The notes beneath the pieces were generated by a model. It was not told the DNA's origin and did no database searches. It saw nothing but the letters and a program-made list of their open reading frames with translations. A DNA stretch of 63,879 nucleotides, counting the filler, from Octopus bimaculoides (lineage: Eukaryota): the NCBI RefSeq assembly GCF_001194135.2. It is 3 parts of 3 records of this genome, joined end to end, with 100 filler letters (N's around TTAATTAATTAA, not from the genome) between each part and the next. Parts side by side here need not be neighbours in the genome. Positions count along the whole stretch, not along the records: positions 22,697 to 51,773 come from NC_068983.1; 2 more parts are not named here. One strand, given 5' to 3'. The first letter of the stretch is position 1. The number at the start of each line of letters is the position of its first letter. This document shows positions 39,308 to 51,187 of this stretch, in pieces. The translations under genes and the position numbers were made by a program.

Positions 39308-40144
39308 GTGTGCCTGTGAGTGCGTGTGTATAAATATATAATTGCCAGCAAGGATGCAGTATTTCGTTTTGTAGCCGTAATATATTTCCTAGTGTAATAA
39401 AATTTGTGTCAATATGATGCCTTGTTTTGGTGATAAGCTTTTCTCTACAGACTTTCAATAGTATTCACAAATAGCATTGACATTTCTGAAATGTCATATA
39501 CGAAAGCATTTACGTAAGTGAAACGATCGACGGTTGAAGATTAGGTAATTGGTGTACATGCATATTTCAAGAGTTGCGGCTCTTTTGTCATCATGGGATC
39601 CAACACTCTCAAAAGGCAGAGTTTGAAGCAAATTTTATGAGGTCACAACGGGTGGAGATCTTGCGTTTAAGTGTATACCTCTTCCCAAAGACAACTTACT
39701 ATACCTTTCATCATTCTTGTGTCTGAAAATCAAGTGCCAGACAAATGTAGGTGCGGGTCGATGTAATTGATTATATTCTACTGAGATTATTAACCTTGTG
39801 TGCCTGTCAACATTCTTCATTATCAATAGATTTGGAAAAATAGATTATACATTCTTCCTTCTAGATCTAGAGCAAGAATCATATTTCTGACTTTAAAATT
39901 TAACATATTATATACTAAATATTGTCGCTCATAGGATTCACTGATATATGTTTATTACATGCTTTTTTGTCCGAATGTGGTTTAGCTTTAGTGTTTTGTA
40001 ATATAAATTCTTTCGTAATCTTAAATGTAGTGTCTCGTTTGAACTATTTCAGATATAGATGACATGCTGACGACCTGAAATATATAAAACAAAATGAAGC
40101 TTTGTACATCAACCCATTCAAAGTCGTAACTAAATTCCTGCACA

Positions 40145-42148
40145 ATGAATTCCTTGACTCTAAGCGTACTCTTCCTGATTATTCATGTTTCATGTGGTGA
40201 AGCGGAAGAATGTCACGTTTTAAGAAAGGGGAGTTGGTCATGTGAAGGAAGCACTTTTGTTCCAAAATTTCCGCCTGACACTATAGCTGTAACATTCACA
40301 GATCTAAACATTGACAATTTGGACAATGAAACCTTTCAAAATTTGACAGAACTGCCCTTACTAGAACATTTGTTAATTAGGTCTACCTTCCTTAAGACAT
40401 CTACTAATGATGTATTTACGTATTTGAAGTATATACAAGAATTCGTACTTATTAATGTTCAGTTACTTCTTCCGGAATTAAGAAATATGCTGTTTGGTTT
40501 ACCACTGACTACAAAAAAATTAGTATTAGCTGAAATGCAACTGGAAAATTTGAATAAAGATATATTTGATGGTCTCAGAGGAACTAACGTCTCAAATATT
40601 TTCATCAATGAATGTAATATGGTACATTTTGATGGCAGCTATTTCAATGGTATAGATAGATTAGATCAACTTGTTCTTTCAGGAGACGGTATTACCTCAG
40701 TTACCAGTTGGGGATATCTTCCTAATTTGACTTATCTAGATTTCTATTATAATGAAATTTCAAATATGCCAAAATTTAAAAACGGGTCTGGATTTATATT
40801 TTACCCAAAACTTGAAAAGTTATTCATAGGTTTATCATTTTATGATCAATTAAACAGCAACTTTTTCATAGGACTAGAGCACCTACAGACTTTGGGAATC
40901 TATGTTGGTGATAACTTTTTTTTAAAATCGAACGTTTTTCAGGAATTGAAATGTCTACGAGCACTAAGTTTACTATCTCATAAGCACCATATCTTAAGAT
41001 TTGAGCAAAACATCTTCAAACTCAAATTATTGGAATCGGTGGAGCTAAATAACATTCATGTGGTTATTAACGAAGGCAAACCGTCTGCGATATTTAAGTC
41101 ATGTCCACAACTAACAAATTTGATTCTGAAAAATGTCAGTAACATATACCCCAACGATTTACTGAAGCCATTGACTAAACTAGAAAATCTGATGATTACT
41201 GACGGGCAGTTTAGTAAAGTTCCAGATGCGATTTGTAATATGAATAATCTTACAGAACTTTCCATTTGTTATACAAATGTTAGAAAATGGAACAAACCGA
41301 ATTGCTCAGTTATGAGAGTATTGCAGAAACTTGAGTTAAAGCACAATAAAATTCGGTACGTTAATCAAGAATTATTTTCCCATTTACTATTCAGCAACGA
41401 GAAACTGAATATTGATCTCTCAAACAACCCGTTCGTTTGCGACTGCAAAGCACTCTGGTTTCGAGACTGGTCACGGGAAAATGCAGGTAGATTGAAGAAT
41501 TACAGAAATTATCGGTGCTTCATTCCGGATACATTTCACCATATTTCTTTGGAAAATTTTTCTCTAAACTGGGATTACTGTGAAAATAGAAAGAAAACGT
41601 CTTTTATCGCTATATTTGGGGGAATTATAGCCGTACTGGTTGTCATTTTTGTATTTTTCGCAATATTATCATATGAAAAACAATGGTCTATTGGTTTCTG
41701 TTTATACCACTCATTAGTAAGAAAGAGAAAATACAAAACACTCGTTAATGAAGTCCAATATAAGCATGATGCTCTTGTATGTTACTGTAGTGCTGATGTC
41801 AACTGGGTTGTGAATAAATTGTTACCCATTATCGAAGAAGAAAACCATTTCAGTTTATGTTTACATGAGAGGGACGTTGTAGTTGGAAACGATACTGTTG
41901 ATAATATCGTAGACAGCATGCAACAAAGCCGTAAGGTTGTTTTAGTTTTGTCAAATGATTTTTCTCAGAGTAGCTGGTGCCAGTTTGAAGCAAGTATTGC
42001 CCAGCAAAAAATTTTAAAAGATCATTACGATATTATTATTCCTGTTTTGTTAAATGAAATTCCGTCGAATTTACGAACGGAAAGTCTTGTTGATTTAATG
42101 AATCAAAAAACGTTCTTGAAATGGCCGAATGAAAGTAAATACGAATAA
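40145..42148 (+). CDS. Toll-like receptor, single-exon CDS, single-cysteine-cluster type; TIR ends prematurely at TAA 42146-42148
   Basis: 667-aa ORF: hydrophobic signal peptide (MNSLTLSVLFLIIHVSCG), about 15 LRR-like repeats, LRR-CT (NNPFVCDCKALWF...C...C), TM helix (FIAIFGGIIAVLVVIFVFFAILSY), TIR with box1 (HDALVCY) and box2 (CLHERDVVVG...SRKVVLVLS...WCQFE). Box3 FW lies after the stop codon. Confidence 0.95.
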   Translation: MNSLTLSVLFLIIHVSCGEAEECHVLRKGSWSCEGSTFVPKFPPDTIAVTFTDLNIDNLDNETFQNLTELPLLEHLLIRSTFLKTSTNDVFTYLKYIQEFVLINVQLLLPELRNMLFGLPLTTKKLVLAEMQLENLNKDIFDGLRGTNVSNIFINECNMVHFDGSYFNGIDRLDQLVLSGDGITSVTSWGYLPNLTYLDFYYNEISNMPKFKNGSGFIFYPKLEKLFIGLSFYDQLNSNFFIGLEHLQTLGIYVGDNFFLKSNVFQELKCLRALSLLSHKHHILRFEQNIFKLKLLESVELNNIHVVINEGKPSAIFKSCPQLTNLILKNVSNIYPNDLLKPLTKLENLMITDGQFSKVPDAICNMNNLTELSICYTNVRKWNKPNCSVMRVLQKLELKHNKIRYVNQELFSHLLFSNEKLNIDLSNNPFVCDCKALWFRDWSRENAGRLKNYRNYRCFIPDTFHHISLENFSLNWDYCENRKKTSFIAIFGGIIAVLVVIFVFFAILSYEKQWSIGFCLYHSLVRKRKYKTLVNEVQYKHDALVCYCSADVNWVVNKLLPIIEEENHFSLCLHERDVVVGNDTVDNIVDSMQQSRKVVLVLSNDFSQSSWCQFEASIAQQKILKDHYDIIIPVLLNEIPSNLRTESLVDLMNQKTFLKWPNESKYE

Positions 42149-43124
42149 ATATTTTGGGAGCAATTTATAAGACAGCTGAACGAAAATGAAACCGATAATG
42201 AGGTTTAGAACTGAAGTGTAATGACTTCATTCGAAAAGAGACAAACAAATGCATCAGCACACATTCAAATAGAGAAAAGCTCGGAAAGAAAACAAAACTG
42301 AATATATTTTATTTAGATGTTGTTATGAGAAAAGATGAATTCATGTATCAACACCTAACAGTCAAGTTAGTCCTCGGTTAAACTGCTCAAATTCCGATGA
42401 ACAGCATTGTAAATGCTTAGATATCTAGTGACAAATGTGACAGCAACGTTTGATTCTATGAAAGCAATTCTAAATATATTTCATGACAAAACGAAAGTTA
42501 ATAAGACTATAATCTCTTATGGCATACAGTTTCGTATTAGTGAGTATCTACACACGATTCCAAAGTCACTATTTGAATAAACAGTAGTGCATGTGCATGT
42601 ATTTTTGAAATATTTATCCATCACTGTGTTGTAAAATTTGTATAAAAATAATAAAACGACACACACATATGAAATATCATTATTTTCAAAAATGTTTTAT
42701 AATTCCTTGTAAACATACAATACACGCTACTACAATAACAAATGCAGAAATATAATACTAATTAAATGTAGATTATCAAATTATACTTTTTTATATATAA
42801 TTACAGTTCCAGGTAATTTTGGTAAATTTTCGCTTGCGGATAACATATATATAGTTTTATTATATTATTCTATTATATATTAATATTTCACTTCAACATA
42901 CAGATACTATTAACCTGGTTTTAGAACACAATAAACGTATGCTTTAGAGAAAAGCGTTAAATATGTGTGAAAATTGTATCTTGAATTTGTAAACCAATAA
43001 ATGAATAAATCAATATATATACATATATATATATATATACGAGTGTGTGTCTCTTCTATGAATATGTATATGTGTGTGCATGTGTTCGTGTGCGTATATG
43101 TATACACGTTTATACACGTATGTA

Positions 43125-44050
43125 TACGAGGGAGACTCAAAAATTATAAGCACTCTTGTTTTTTCACTGTATTTACACAAAAACTGTGGGATGAACAAGT
43201 ACGTCATTTGTCTATATAGTCTCCTTCCCTTCCGATGCACTTGCTCCACCGGTCGACAAGCTTGCGCATTCCCTCCAACAAAATGGGTTTCGGTTAGTCT
43301 TGCAACAATTTATGCACCACTTCCTTCACATCTTCACCTGTAGAGCGACCCAAAGATATGATAGTTGAGCGGGGTGCGATCTGGGCTGTAGGCAGCGTAT
43401 TCCAGCACTTCAAAACCCGATTGGTTAATGGTTTCAACGGTCCGGGCGGCAGTGTGTGGGCGTGCGTTGTCGTGCAACAATAAAACCGCCTTTGACAATA
43501 GGCCTCGGCGTTTGCTGGCTTCTGCTTGTTGGCCAACAAAGCCCTATATCTTTTACTGTTGATCGTACAGCCCTTTTCTATCAGGCATCTAGTATAGACT
43601 CTTTTGAGTCCCAAAAAATGGTTGGCATCGCCTTTCCCACGGACAACTAAGTCTTGAATATCTTCGTCGCTTGCGAGCCAGGATATTTGCAATCCATACT
43701 CTGTCTTTTAGATTTTGCCTGTTAATGATGAACCCCCATTTCATCTCCTGTGACTATTATGCTCAAACATTCCTCTCTCTCATTGTTGTAGCGGTCAAGG
43801 ACTAATCTGCAGAGAAGGAGCTACCTCATGGATGATAACTCGCTGATTCACCATTACCATCTTCTCGGCAATGGTAGAGATTGACGGGCGTGCTGATCCC
43901 TCTCCGTGCATTACGCTTGTCCGGTTACTTTTAAACTTCTCTATCCACCCACACACACTTCTATACGATAGTTCACTGTCCTGTTATTGTGCTAAAAGCC
44001 GATGAATTTTAGCACCTGACGCAACTAACGATCGGCGAAATCGGATCATT
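43125..44050 (-). mobile_element. Decayed mariner transposon
   Basis: Terminus TA-CGAGGG at 43125. Minus-strand remnants IEKFKSNRTSV..EG.ARPS, LDRYNNE..IVTGDE, EKGCTINSKRY and frameshifted HDNARPH/YSPDLAP regions. Far boundary approximate. Confidence 0.85.
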
Positions 44051-44579
44051 GTCCATTGTTTGTTTTGGTGCACATTGCTAGCAAAGCTAGAAAGAAAAAA
44101 TAGCACGATCAAGCTCAGACTTTGTTCACGTGACTACAATAGTACCAACTATAAGCACGCATGCGCAGAAGGCAGTGTGACAATAATGGAGATATGTTAT
44201 GGTGAAAGTGGAGATATCTGAATTTCTCACTGGCAAGAAATGTTACATTTATTCACCTTCATGCACCGGTCTTCCTTTTTTCGAGATTAATACTGGAAAT
44301 TTGTTTAAATGAAAGAAAATAATGTAATACTTTCGGAATTATGTGGAAACTAAATCAATGCGTTTCAGTATTCTACCTTATGTGTGCATTGTTGTGTATG
44401 AAAAAAGAGAGAAGGAACGAGAGAAAGGGAAAAAGAGAGAAAGAGATAAAAAGAGAGAAAGATAGAGTGACGTGTGGGGGAGAGACTGATGCGGGGAGCA
44501 AGAATGCACAAGGGAGCGAGAGAACAGATGAGATTTCTATAGGTGAGACATCTATGAGCTACAGAGATAGATGAGGTAG

Positions 44580-44830
44580 AAAAGGTACTGTTGTAATATG
44601 CAAAAGTTCTTGTACATATTTTAAAGGACAACGATTCACAGTGTAAGATCAAACAGTTTCCAATACCGTATGATGATAAAGGTGGGGGTAACAGAGAACT
44701 TGCAAACTTAGGAACAGCTATTCCTGTATTAATTGGTGCATTTGGAACAACACTCAATCGCATTGTCGACCTGCAGAAGTATGCAAAGATTTTATCCTGC
44801 AAGTATCCTCAAAAATACTTAAATTTGAGA
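44580..44830 (+). mobile_element. Degenerate RLE-type LINE fragment
   Basis: IPVLIGAFGT...LQK pattern. Confidence 0.4.
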
Positions 44831-44924
44831 AGACTTGCTCTCACGATGTCTTTAAACAAAATCGTTTCTAACATCAATAGCGAGTTATCAATACAATAAT
44901 AATAGTTCATTATTTACATTATTT

Positions 44925-45065
44925 AAATTATTTACATTCGACGGATATTTGTCCTCATCGTGTTTGTTGTTAACACAACGTTTCGGCTGATATACCCTCC
45001 AGCCTTCATCAAGTGTCTTGGGGAAATTTCGAACCTGGGTTATCATTCCTAAGGCATTTTCGATG
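44925..45065 (-). mobile_element. Penelope-like terminal repeat with minimal hammerhead-like motif (44972-45017)
   Basis: Minus strand: GACAC-TTGATGA-A-GGCTG(loop)CAGCC-GAAAC-GTT-GTGTT. Confidence 0.6.
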
Positions 45066-45442
45066 TTATTATTATTATTTTATGTTTGACTTTTGTTTTG
45101 CATTTGTACAAGTTGGATCCAAGTCTCACCCAGAGACCTCAAGAGACAACAAGTTAGAAGTCCATGTAGGTGTTATGCCTAGGGTACCATATATTTGGAT
45201 TTGTACAGTTTTGTTCAAGTGAATGTTTAAGAAACCATAAGAAAATTATGTGTTTGCTTTAAAATTTGAGATCACATAGACAGTATTTTACGTAGGATAT
45301 GGGCAGTTCCCATGAGCACTATCTTTTGAACTTCAGCCATTTTGGGGTTTCCTGGTATCTGAGCTAGGTAGTAATCAGCCCGTTTCGCTGTCATTCCCAG
45401 GGCACCTATGGCAATAGGTATTGTTTTCGTCTTCAGATTCCA

Positions 45443-45500
<58 letters not shown>

Positions 45501-46669
45501 GTTGTTGTTGTTGTTGTTGTTCAGGTCACTACTTGGAATCGAACTTGGAATCTTGGGGTTAGTAGCCCGCGCTCTTAACCATGCTAATACGAGTGATTAC
45601 AATACCCTGCAAAAGCAGGGTATTGTAATCACTCGTCTTTGTTTGTCTGTGTATCTGTAAAATTAATGAAACTGAATAATAATAGTTATTTCAAATTTTG
45701 GCACAAGACCAGCAATGTTTTTGAGGCGAGGTGAAAGTTGATCACAACGAACCCCAAATACTTGAGCTGTATTTATTTCATCGAAAACAAAAGGACGAAA
45801 GTAATCGTCAACCTTCGCGTAATTTGAAACCAGAACGTAAAGGTAGAAAGATGCAACCGAGCATGTTGTCCGGTGTGCTAACAATTTAGCTAGCTCGCCG
45901 CGCTAAGGCAATACCGATCATTGACTCTCACGGCTTCTCATCTTAATTGATTAGTTGTTTTATCATGTATGTGTTTTGTCTTGCTGTAAGAGATGGGCCA
46001 CAGCAAATATTCTGCTCAATACCAAACATTTATATGTCACTTGTTTGATCTTCATCAGTAGAGCATGTCCCTTGGTGGTTGGCTATATGCGCATCTCTAA
46101 TAAACCTGAACTTGTAATCTAGATAGAATAACTGTAGATTTCTGTGTGTATACATACGCATCTCTAATCACGATCAGCATCATAGCCATGTGTTGAAAGA
46201 ATTTCGTTGGGATTTGAATAATTCACCTCTGGAATGATGGATATTACGTTCATCAACCTTAAACAACCTTTATTCAGAGACCTTTTAAGCGAGAAGGGCT
46301 ATGCGGGCTGAAGAAATTTCTAACTGTGCCCCACCTGCAAGGTCTTACTTTGTTTATTATCCTGCGTACGTAAGTGAAAGAAGGGTGCTGCAATCACTCG
46401 TTTGCAAAATTACTGGAAAACAGAAGAACAGATTTTCACCACATTTAGCAGAAATACTGACAGGGCGAGTGACTCGAAATGAACATTTGGTTTGATTATC
46501 ATAAAAAAAATTACAAATTTCCGAATAAGCAAGTGGTCATATTATTTTGTTCAATTTTCTTTTCATATGAATAGACGGTCGTCTGCGTGTGTATGGATCA
46601 TGGCGTACCTATGTGCGCAGGCACGTATGACTACATACATACACACATACGTAATACATACAGACATAC

Positions 46670-46876
46670 AGACAGACAAATACATAACAAAAACATCAGG
46701 ACTTACAAGTATATATAACATACAGAAAATTGCATTACTGGACACTGCACACATCCTACGCAAAACACTTTCAATACAGAAACCATGAGAGCATCACAGC
46801 AACTCTCAGCACATACGCAAGGCACACAGAGCTGCGCTCGGTAGTGAAGTGAAAGCACTTTATAAAAATAAAACTA

Positions 46877-46935
<59 letters not shown>
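46670..46935 (+). mobile_element. RLE-type LINE 3' end with (TAA)n tail
   Basis: NIQKIALLDTAHILRKTLSIQ followed by a short UTR and a (TAA)n array; inverse copy at 52405-52626. Confidence 0.7.
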
Positions 46936-46943
<8 letters not shown>

Positions 46944-47249
46944 GTGATGATGGTGATGTCTTTTATTAGACGCATTAATATGATGAGGGTGACATTATAA
47001 AGAAAGTTAACAATTTGCTTGGGGATTGACATAGAAGATGAAGAGAATGAAGGGAAAAGACTATAAAATGCAATAAAAGAATAACATGACTGATTCAGCT
47101 TTCCTCATAATGGAGACACCCAATGAAGGACCAATGAAGGAATGGCATTTAGAATTACTATGACCATGAAAAGAACGTAATTGCTCCCAACTGTTGCTCA
47201 CAAATCTATTGGCGTATTCTTAGATTAGTTTGTAGAGCAACAATTGGAA

Positions 47250-47610
47250 AAGGGATGGTGACTTCGGTCGTCATCCTTTATCTATGGGGTTCCTTGATTG
47301 ATTATATTTAGAGGTTTCTCTTGAACGTGAACAGGGGACAGCGAGAAGAACCAGAATATCAGAACAAGTATTAAGGTGACTTATGGAACTTTCTCATAAC
47401 AATTGTCCATGATAGTGACATATGATGACCAGATATCATTATAGAGGATAAAAATAAATAGCGTAATATTGTAGGCTTTGCAATTTCCAATGATAACAAA
47501 GTTGATAGCATAGAAATCAAAAATACTGAGTAATACCAGGAACTAGTCAGAGTGGTCGAAAGTTCGTGGAAAACGAAAAGAACAATTATTGGGAATATCT
47601 CTTAGTGGCT
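47250..47610 (+). mobile_element. Degenerate RLE-type LINE fragment
   Basis: PDIII.DK...FAISNDNKVD..E...YQEL..W pattern. Confidence 0.45.
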
Positions 47611-48171
47611 GACAATATGTACATCTCCGATCACTAGTAGGAGTAGTAGGGGAGCACCATAAATATGTGTTGAGAGGAATTCTTTGGGGTTTGAATAAGT
47701 CACATCTGGAAACATGGGTGTTTCGTTCATCATCCTTAAACCTTAGTCAGGGACCTTTTGATAAGGATTAATTACAAGACATGAAAAAAAATCTTTGCCT
47801 CACTTGCAAGGTCATACGTTGTTAGGTTTAATATTAGCTCACTATGTCGCAATCATATGGTTGTGGTACATGTGCCTGGTGTACCATTACCAGATGGGTT
47901 GTCATGATTGGATATTACTTTCGTATATTCATACCCCAGTGTCACTTTGATAGCATGCATATCTCTCTCACTCAATAATAATAACTAAAATCGTCTCTTC
48001 TATAGACACTAGGCCATAAATTAACAGTGAAGTGGGAGTCGACTACATCAACTCCTGCAGTAGATACGATATAGATGTGCCGATGAGGCTTATCCATGTC
48101 CACATTCAGAATATCCAGTCGGCACCTGTCAGAAAAATGGTAATGTCTGTGCCGATTTGCCAGTAATAAAG

Positions 48172-48585
48172 ATTTCAAATGTCGGCACAAGGCCAGCAGT
48201 TTCGGAAGATTGGGTATATCAGTCACATAGATCCCACTAAAAAACTGGTATTTACTTTATCGATCCTGTAAAGATGAAAGGCATATCCGATCTCGAGGGA
48301 ATTTGAACTCAGAACATGAAGACGAAATGCCGTTAAGCATTTTGCCCGGTGTGTTAACGTTTATTTCTTTATTGCCCACAAGGGGCTAAACATAGGGGGG
48401 GGGGACAAATGGATTAAGTCGATTATATCGACCCCAGTGCGTAACTCGTACTTAATTTATCAACCCCGAAAGGATGAAAGGCAAAATCGACCTCGGCGGA
48501 ATTTGAACTCAGAACGTAACGGCAGACGAAATACCGCTAAGCATTTCGCCTGGCGTGCTAACGTTTCTGCCAGCTCACCACCTTA
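48172..48585 (-). mobile_element. Dimeric SINE, second instance
   Basis: Same two-monomer layout and junction (GTGGGCAATAAAGAAATAAACGTTAACAC on minus). Confidence 0.8.
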
Positions 48586-49109
48586 TATACAACTACTACT
48601 AATATTAACCGATTTTGGCAGAAGGCCACCAATTTCATAGACCTTGACTGCGTAGACCACAGTGCTGCATTGGTACTGATCTTTTCGACCATTAAAGGTA
48701 AAATCAATGTCACTGGAATTTGAAACCAGGATGTAACAAGGGACGAAACGCCGTCGTGCTAACGATCCTACCAGCTCACCGCAATGTATCCTCAAGTACG
48801 CATGAAGCAGTTATAGGTCAATGTTTGCCTAATTATAGAAGCTGGAACGGAAATCTTAGAAATAACGTTTGACGATGTTGATGATGGTAATACTAATAGT
48901 TGTTACAAGTATTGGTATAAGGCCTGACATATCAGGGCAAAGGGCACAGCGATTACATAGACACGAAAACTGAAATGGTTCTTATTTTATCGATCCCGCA
49001 AGAAAGAAAGGCAAAGCCGACCCCTTAATAATGGGTAGATGGTGCTATATTTTCCATGTTTTTACATACAACTTCCTTCACCCAATACGTAATTCGTTTA
49101 AAGTATTTC

Positions 49110-49916
49110 ATTAGTCTAATACTCTTACATAAATATTTGATGTCAATTTTGATAGAAGCTGCAATGCAGGTCAAAACGTACGGGCTTGGGACTTTATAAA
49201 ACCTATCTATTAGTAATTACTGGCATATTTAATTAGTGGGATGGTACAAATGCTTTTTTTTTTTTTTTAACTTCTCTTTATGTGATCATTAACATTAATT
49301 GATTAAAGTCCTTGTTGATATTTTGCTTCCTATATCGAAAACAATATTAAAACTCAGTCACCGAGTTGGTATGCAGCAATAAACTGGTAACATTATCACC
49401 ATTGTTGTGTACAATACAGTTACTGGTTGATAATGGCTCCATATATATTTTTTCGGTAAGTGAAACTTTAACTGATAAATTTACATTATGGTGTTGTATT
49501 TACTGTAAAAGTGCTAGGATTAGTGTTGAGGGTGTTTCAGACATGATCGTTTAATTGGCGTTGATGTTCTTGAACCGGGCAATGCAACGTTCTTTCTTGA
49601 AGTAAACAATTCATTTCACGTTGATCCAGACCGCTCAACCGGCAAAAATGATTAATCCCTGACAAACAGGCGTTTAGTTCCACGGGCTGAGTATATGGTC
49701 CAGGCAACGTAGAAACCCTATGATTCAAAATGGTTCTTTGATCGTCTTCTTTTTTATTGTATCTATTGACTACATTTCAAACGAGATGAGTTTCATTGTT
49801 AGATGTATACTTGTATGTAATTATAAATGTTCCTATGAGAGAGAGAGAATGAGAGGGAGAAAGACAGAGAGTGAGTGTGTGCGTGTGTGAATGTATGGTG
49901 AGTGTGTGTGTATGTA

Positions 49917-49963
<47 letters not shown>

Positions 49964-50087
49964 ATCGCAGGAGTGGTAATGTTTCAAAAGTTCGCTTTGC
50001 AACTATATGGTTGCGAGTTCAGCTCCGTTGGGCGAGGCCTAGGACAAGAATCTTCCAGTAGAGACCAAAACGAACGAACTNNNNNNN
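49110..50087 (+). other. Conserved non-coding block copy 2 (paralog of 35530-36210)
   Basis: Colinear similarity, e.g. gttgatattttgcttcctatatcg, cggtaagtgaaac, tttcacgttgatccagacc, agtagagacca. Ends at an N-gap. Confidence 0.8.
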
Positions 50088-50512
50088 NNNNNNNNNNNNN
50101 NNNNNNNNNNNNNNNNNNNNNNNNNNNNNNNNNNNNNNNNNNNNNNNNNNNNNNNNNNNNNNNNNNNNNNNNNNNNNNNNNNNNNNNNNNNNNNNNNNNN
50201 NNNNNNNNNNNNNNNNNNNNNNNNNNNNNNNNNNNNNNNNNNNNNNNNNNNNNNNNNNNNNNNNNNNNNNNNNNNNNNNNNNNNNNNNNNNNNNNNNNNN
50301 NNNNNNNNNNNNNNNNNNNNNNNNNNNNNNNNNNNNNNNNNNNNNNNNNNNNNNNNNNNNNNNNNNNNNNNNNNNNNNNNNNNNNNNNNNNNNNNNNNNN
50401 NNNNNNTATATATAGAAAATTGATTAAGAGTGTTAATCGTTTTTTTTTTCAGTCTGCGGAGAAATGGCTAAAATTTGCCGTTTATAATTATACCATATGT
50501 TACGAACACATA

Positions 50513-50610
50513 CGCACACAGGCGCACGCACACAGGCGCACGCACACAGGCGCACGCACACAGGCGCACGCACACAGGCGCACGCACACAGGCGCACGCA
50601 CACAGACGCA
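50513..50610. repeat. 14-bp minisatellite x7
   Basis: (CGCACACAGGCGCA)6 plus one variant unit. Confidence 0.92.
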
Positions 50611-51152
50611 CACACACATACGTTTATATACTTTCATTTGTTTCAGTGATTTGTCTGTAGCCATACTGGAGCACCACCTCTTAGTCGAAGAAATTGAATC
50701 CTGGACTTATGCTTTGTAAGCCTGGTGCATATTTTACAGGGTTGCTTATGCCGAATCGCTAGGTTACCGGGGCAAAAACACACAAATATAGGTTGTGAAG
50801 CGATGCCAGGGTGGAGCACAGACACAAAATGGACAAAAGCCTTTCGGCTATACAACAAAAGGAAAATAATTTGACCATTACAACAAAAATAAAACAAAAT
50901 AAACAGGGTTTTACGACTATCAAATAGTGTAGTAAGCTAGCGCAAGAAAAAAGAAAATGGAAAAATCTTAACTGAGCGGGTGGCGAGACAGAACAGAACA
51001 GATGCAACTGGCCTCAAAGGCAGTCAGCCGGAACAGGACGAAAATCCCTAAACGAGACAGTAATAACGTGACAGAGGGACTAGTGGACACGAGTGGACAA
51101 AGAAATCAGAGGGACCAAATTTCGAGAGAGGGGTCACAGAATGTGATGGAGA

Positions 51153-51187
<35 letters not shown>

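Noticed and set aside
41056-41265. 69-aa antisense ORF inside the TLR
   Set aside because: Short shadow ORF with no independent features.
42146-42148. Selenocysteine or classic readthrough at the TLR stop
   Set aside because: The codon is UAA, not UGA, and lacks the CUAG-type 3' context.
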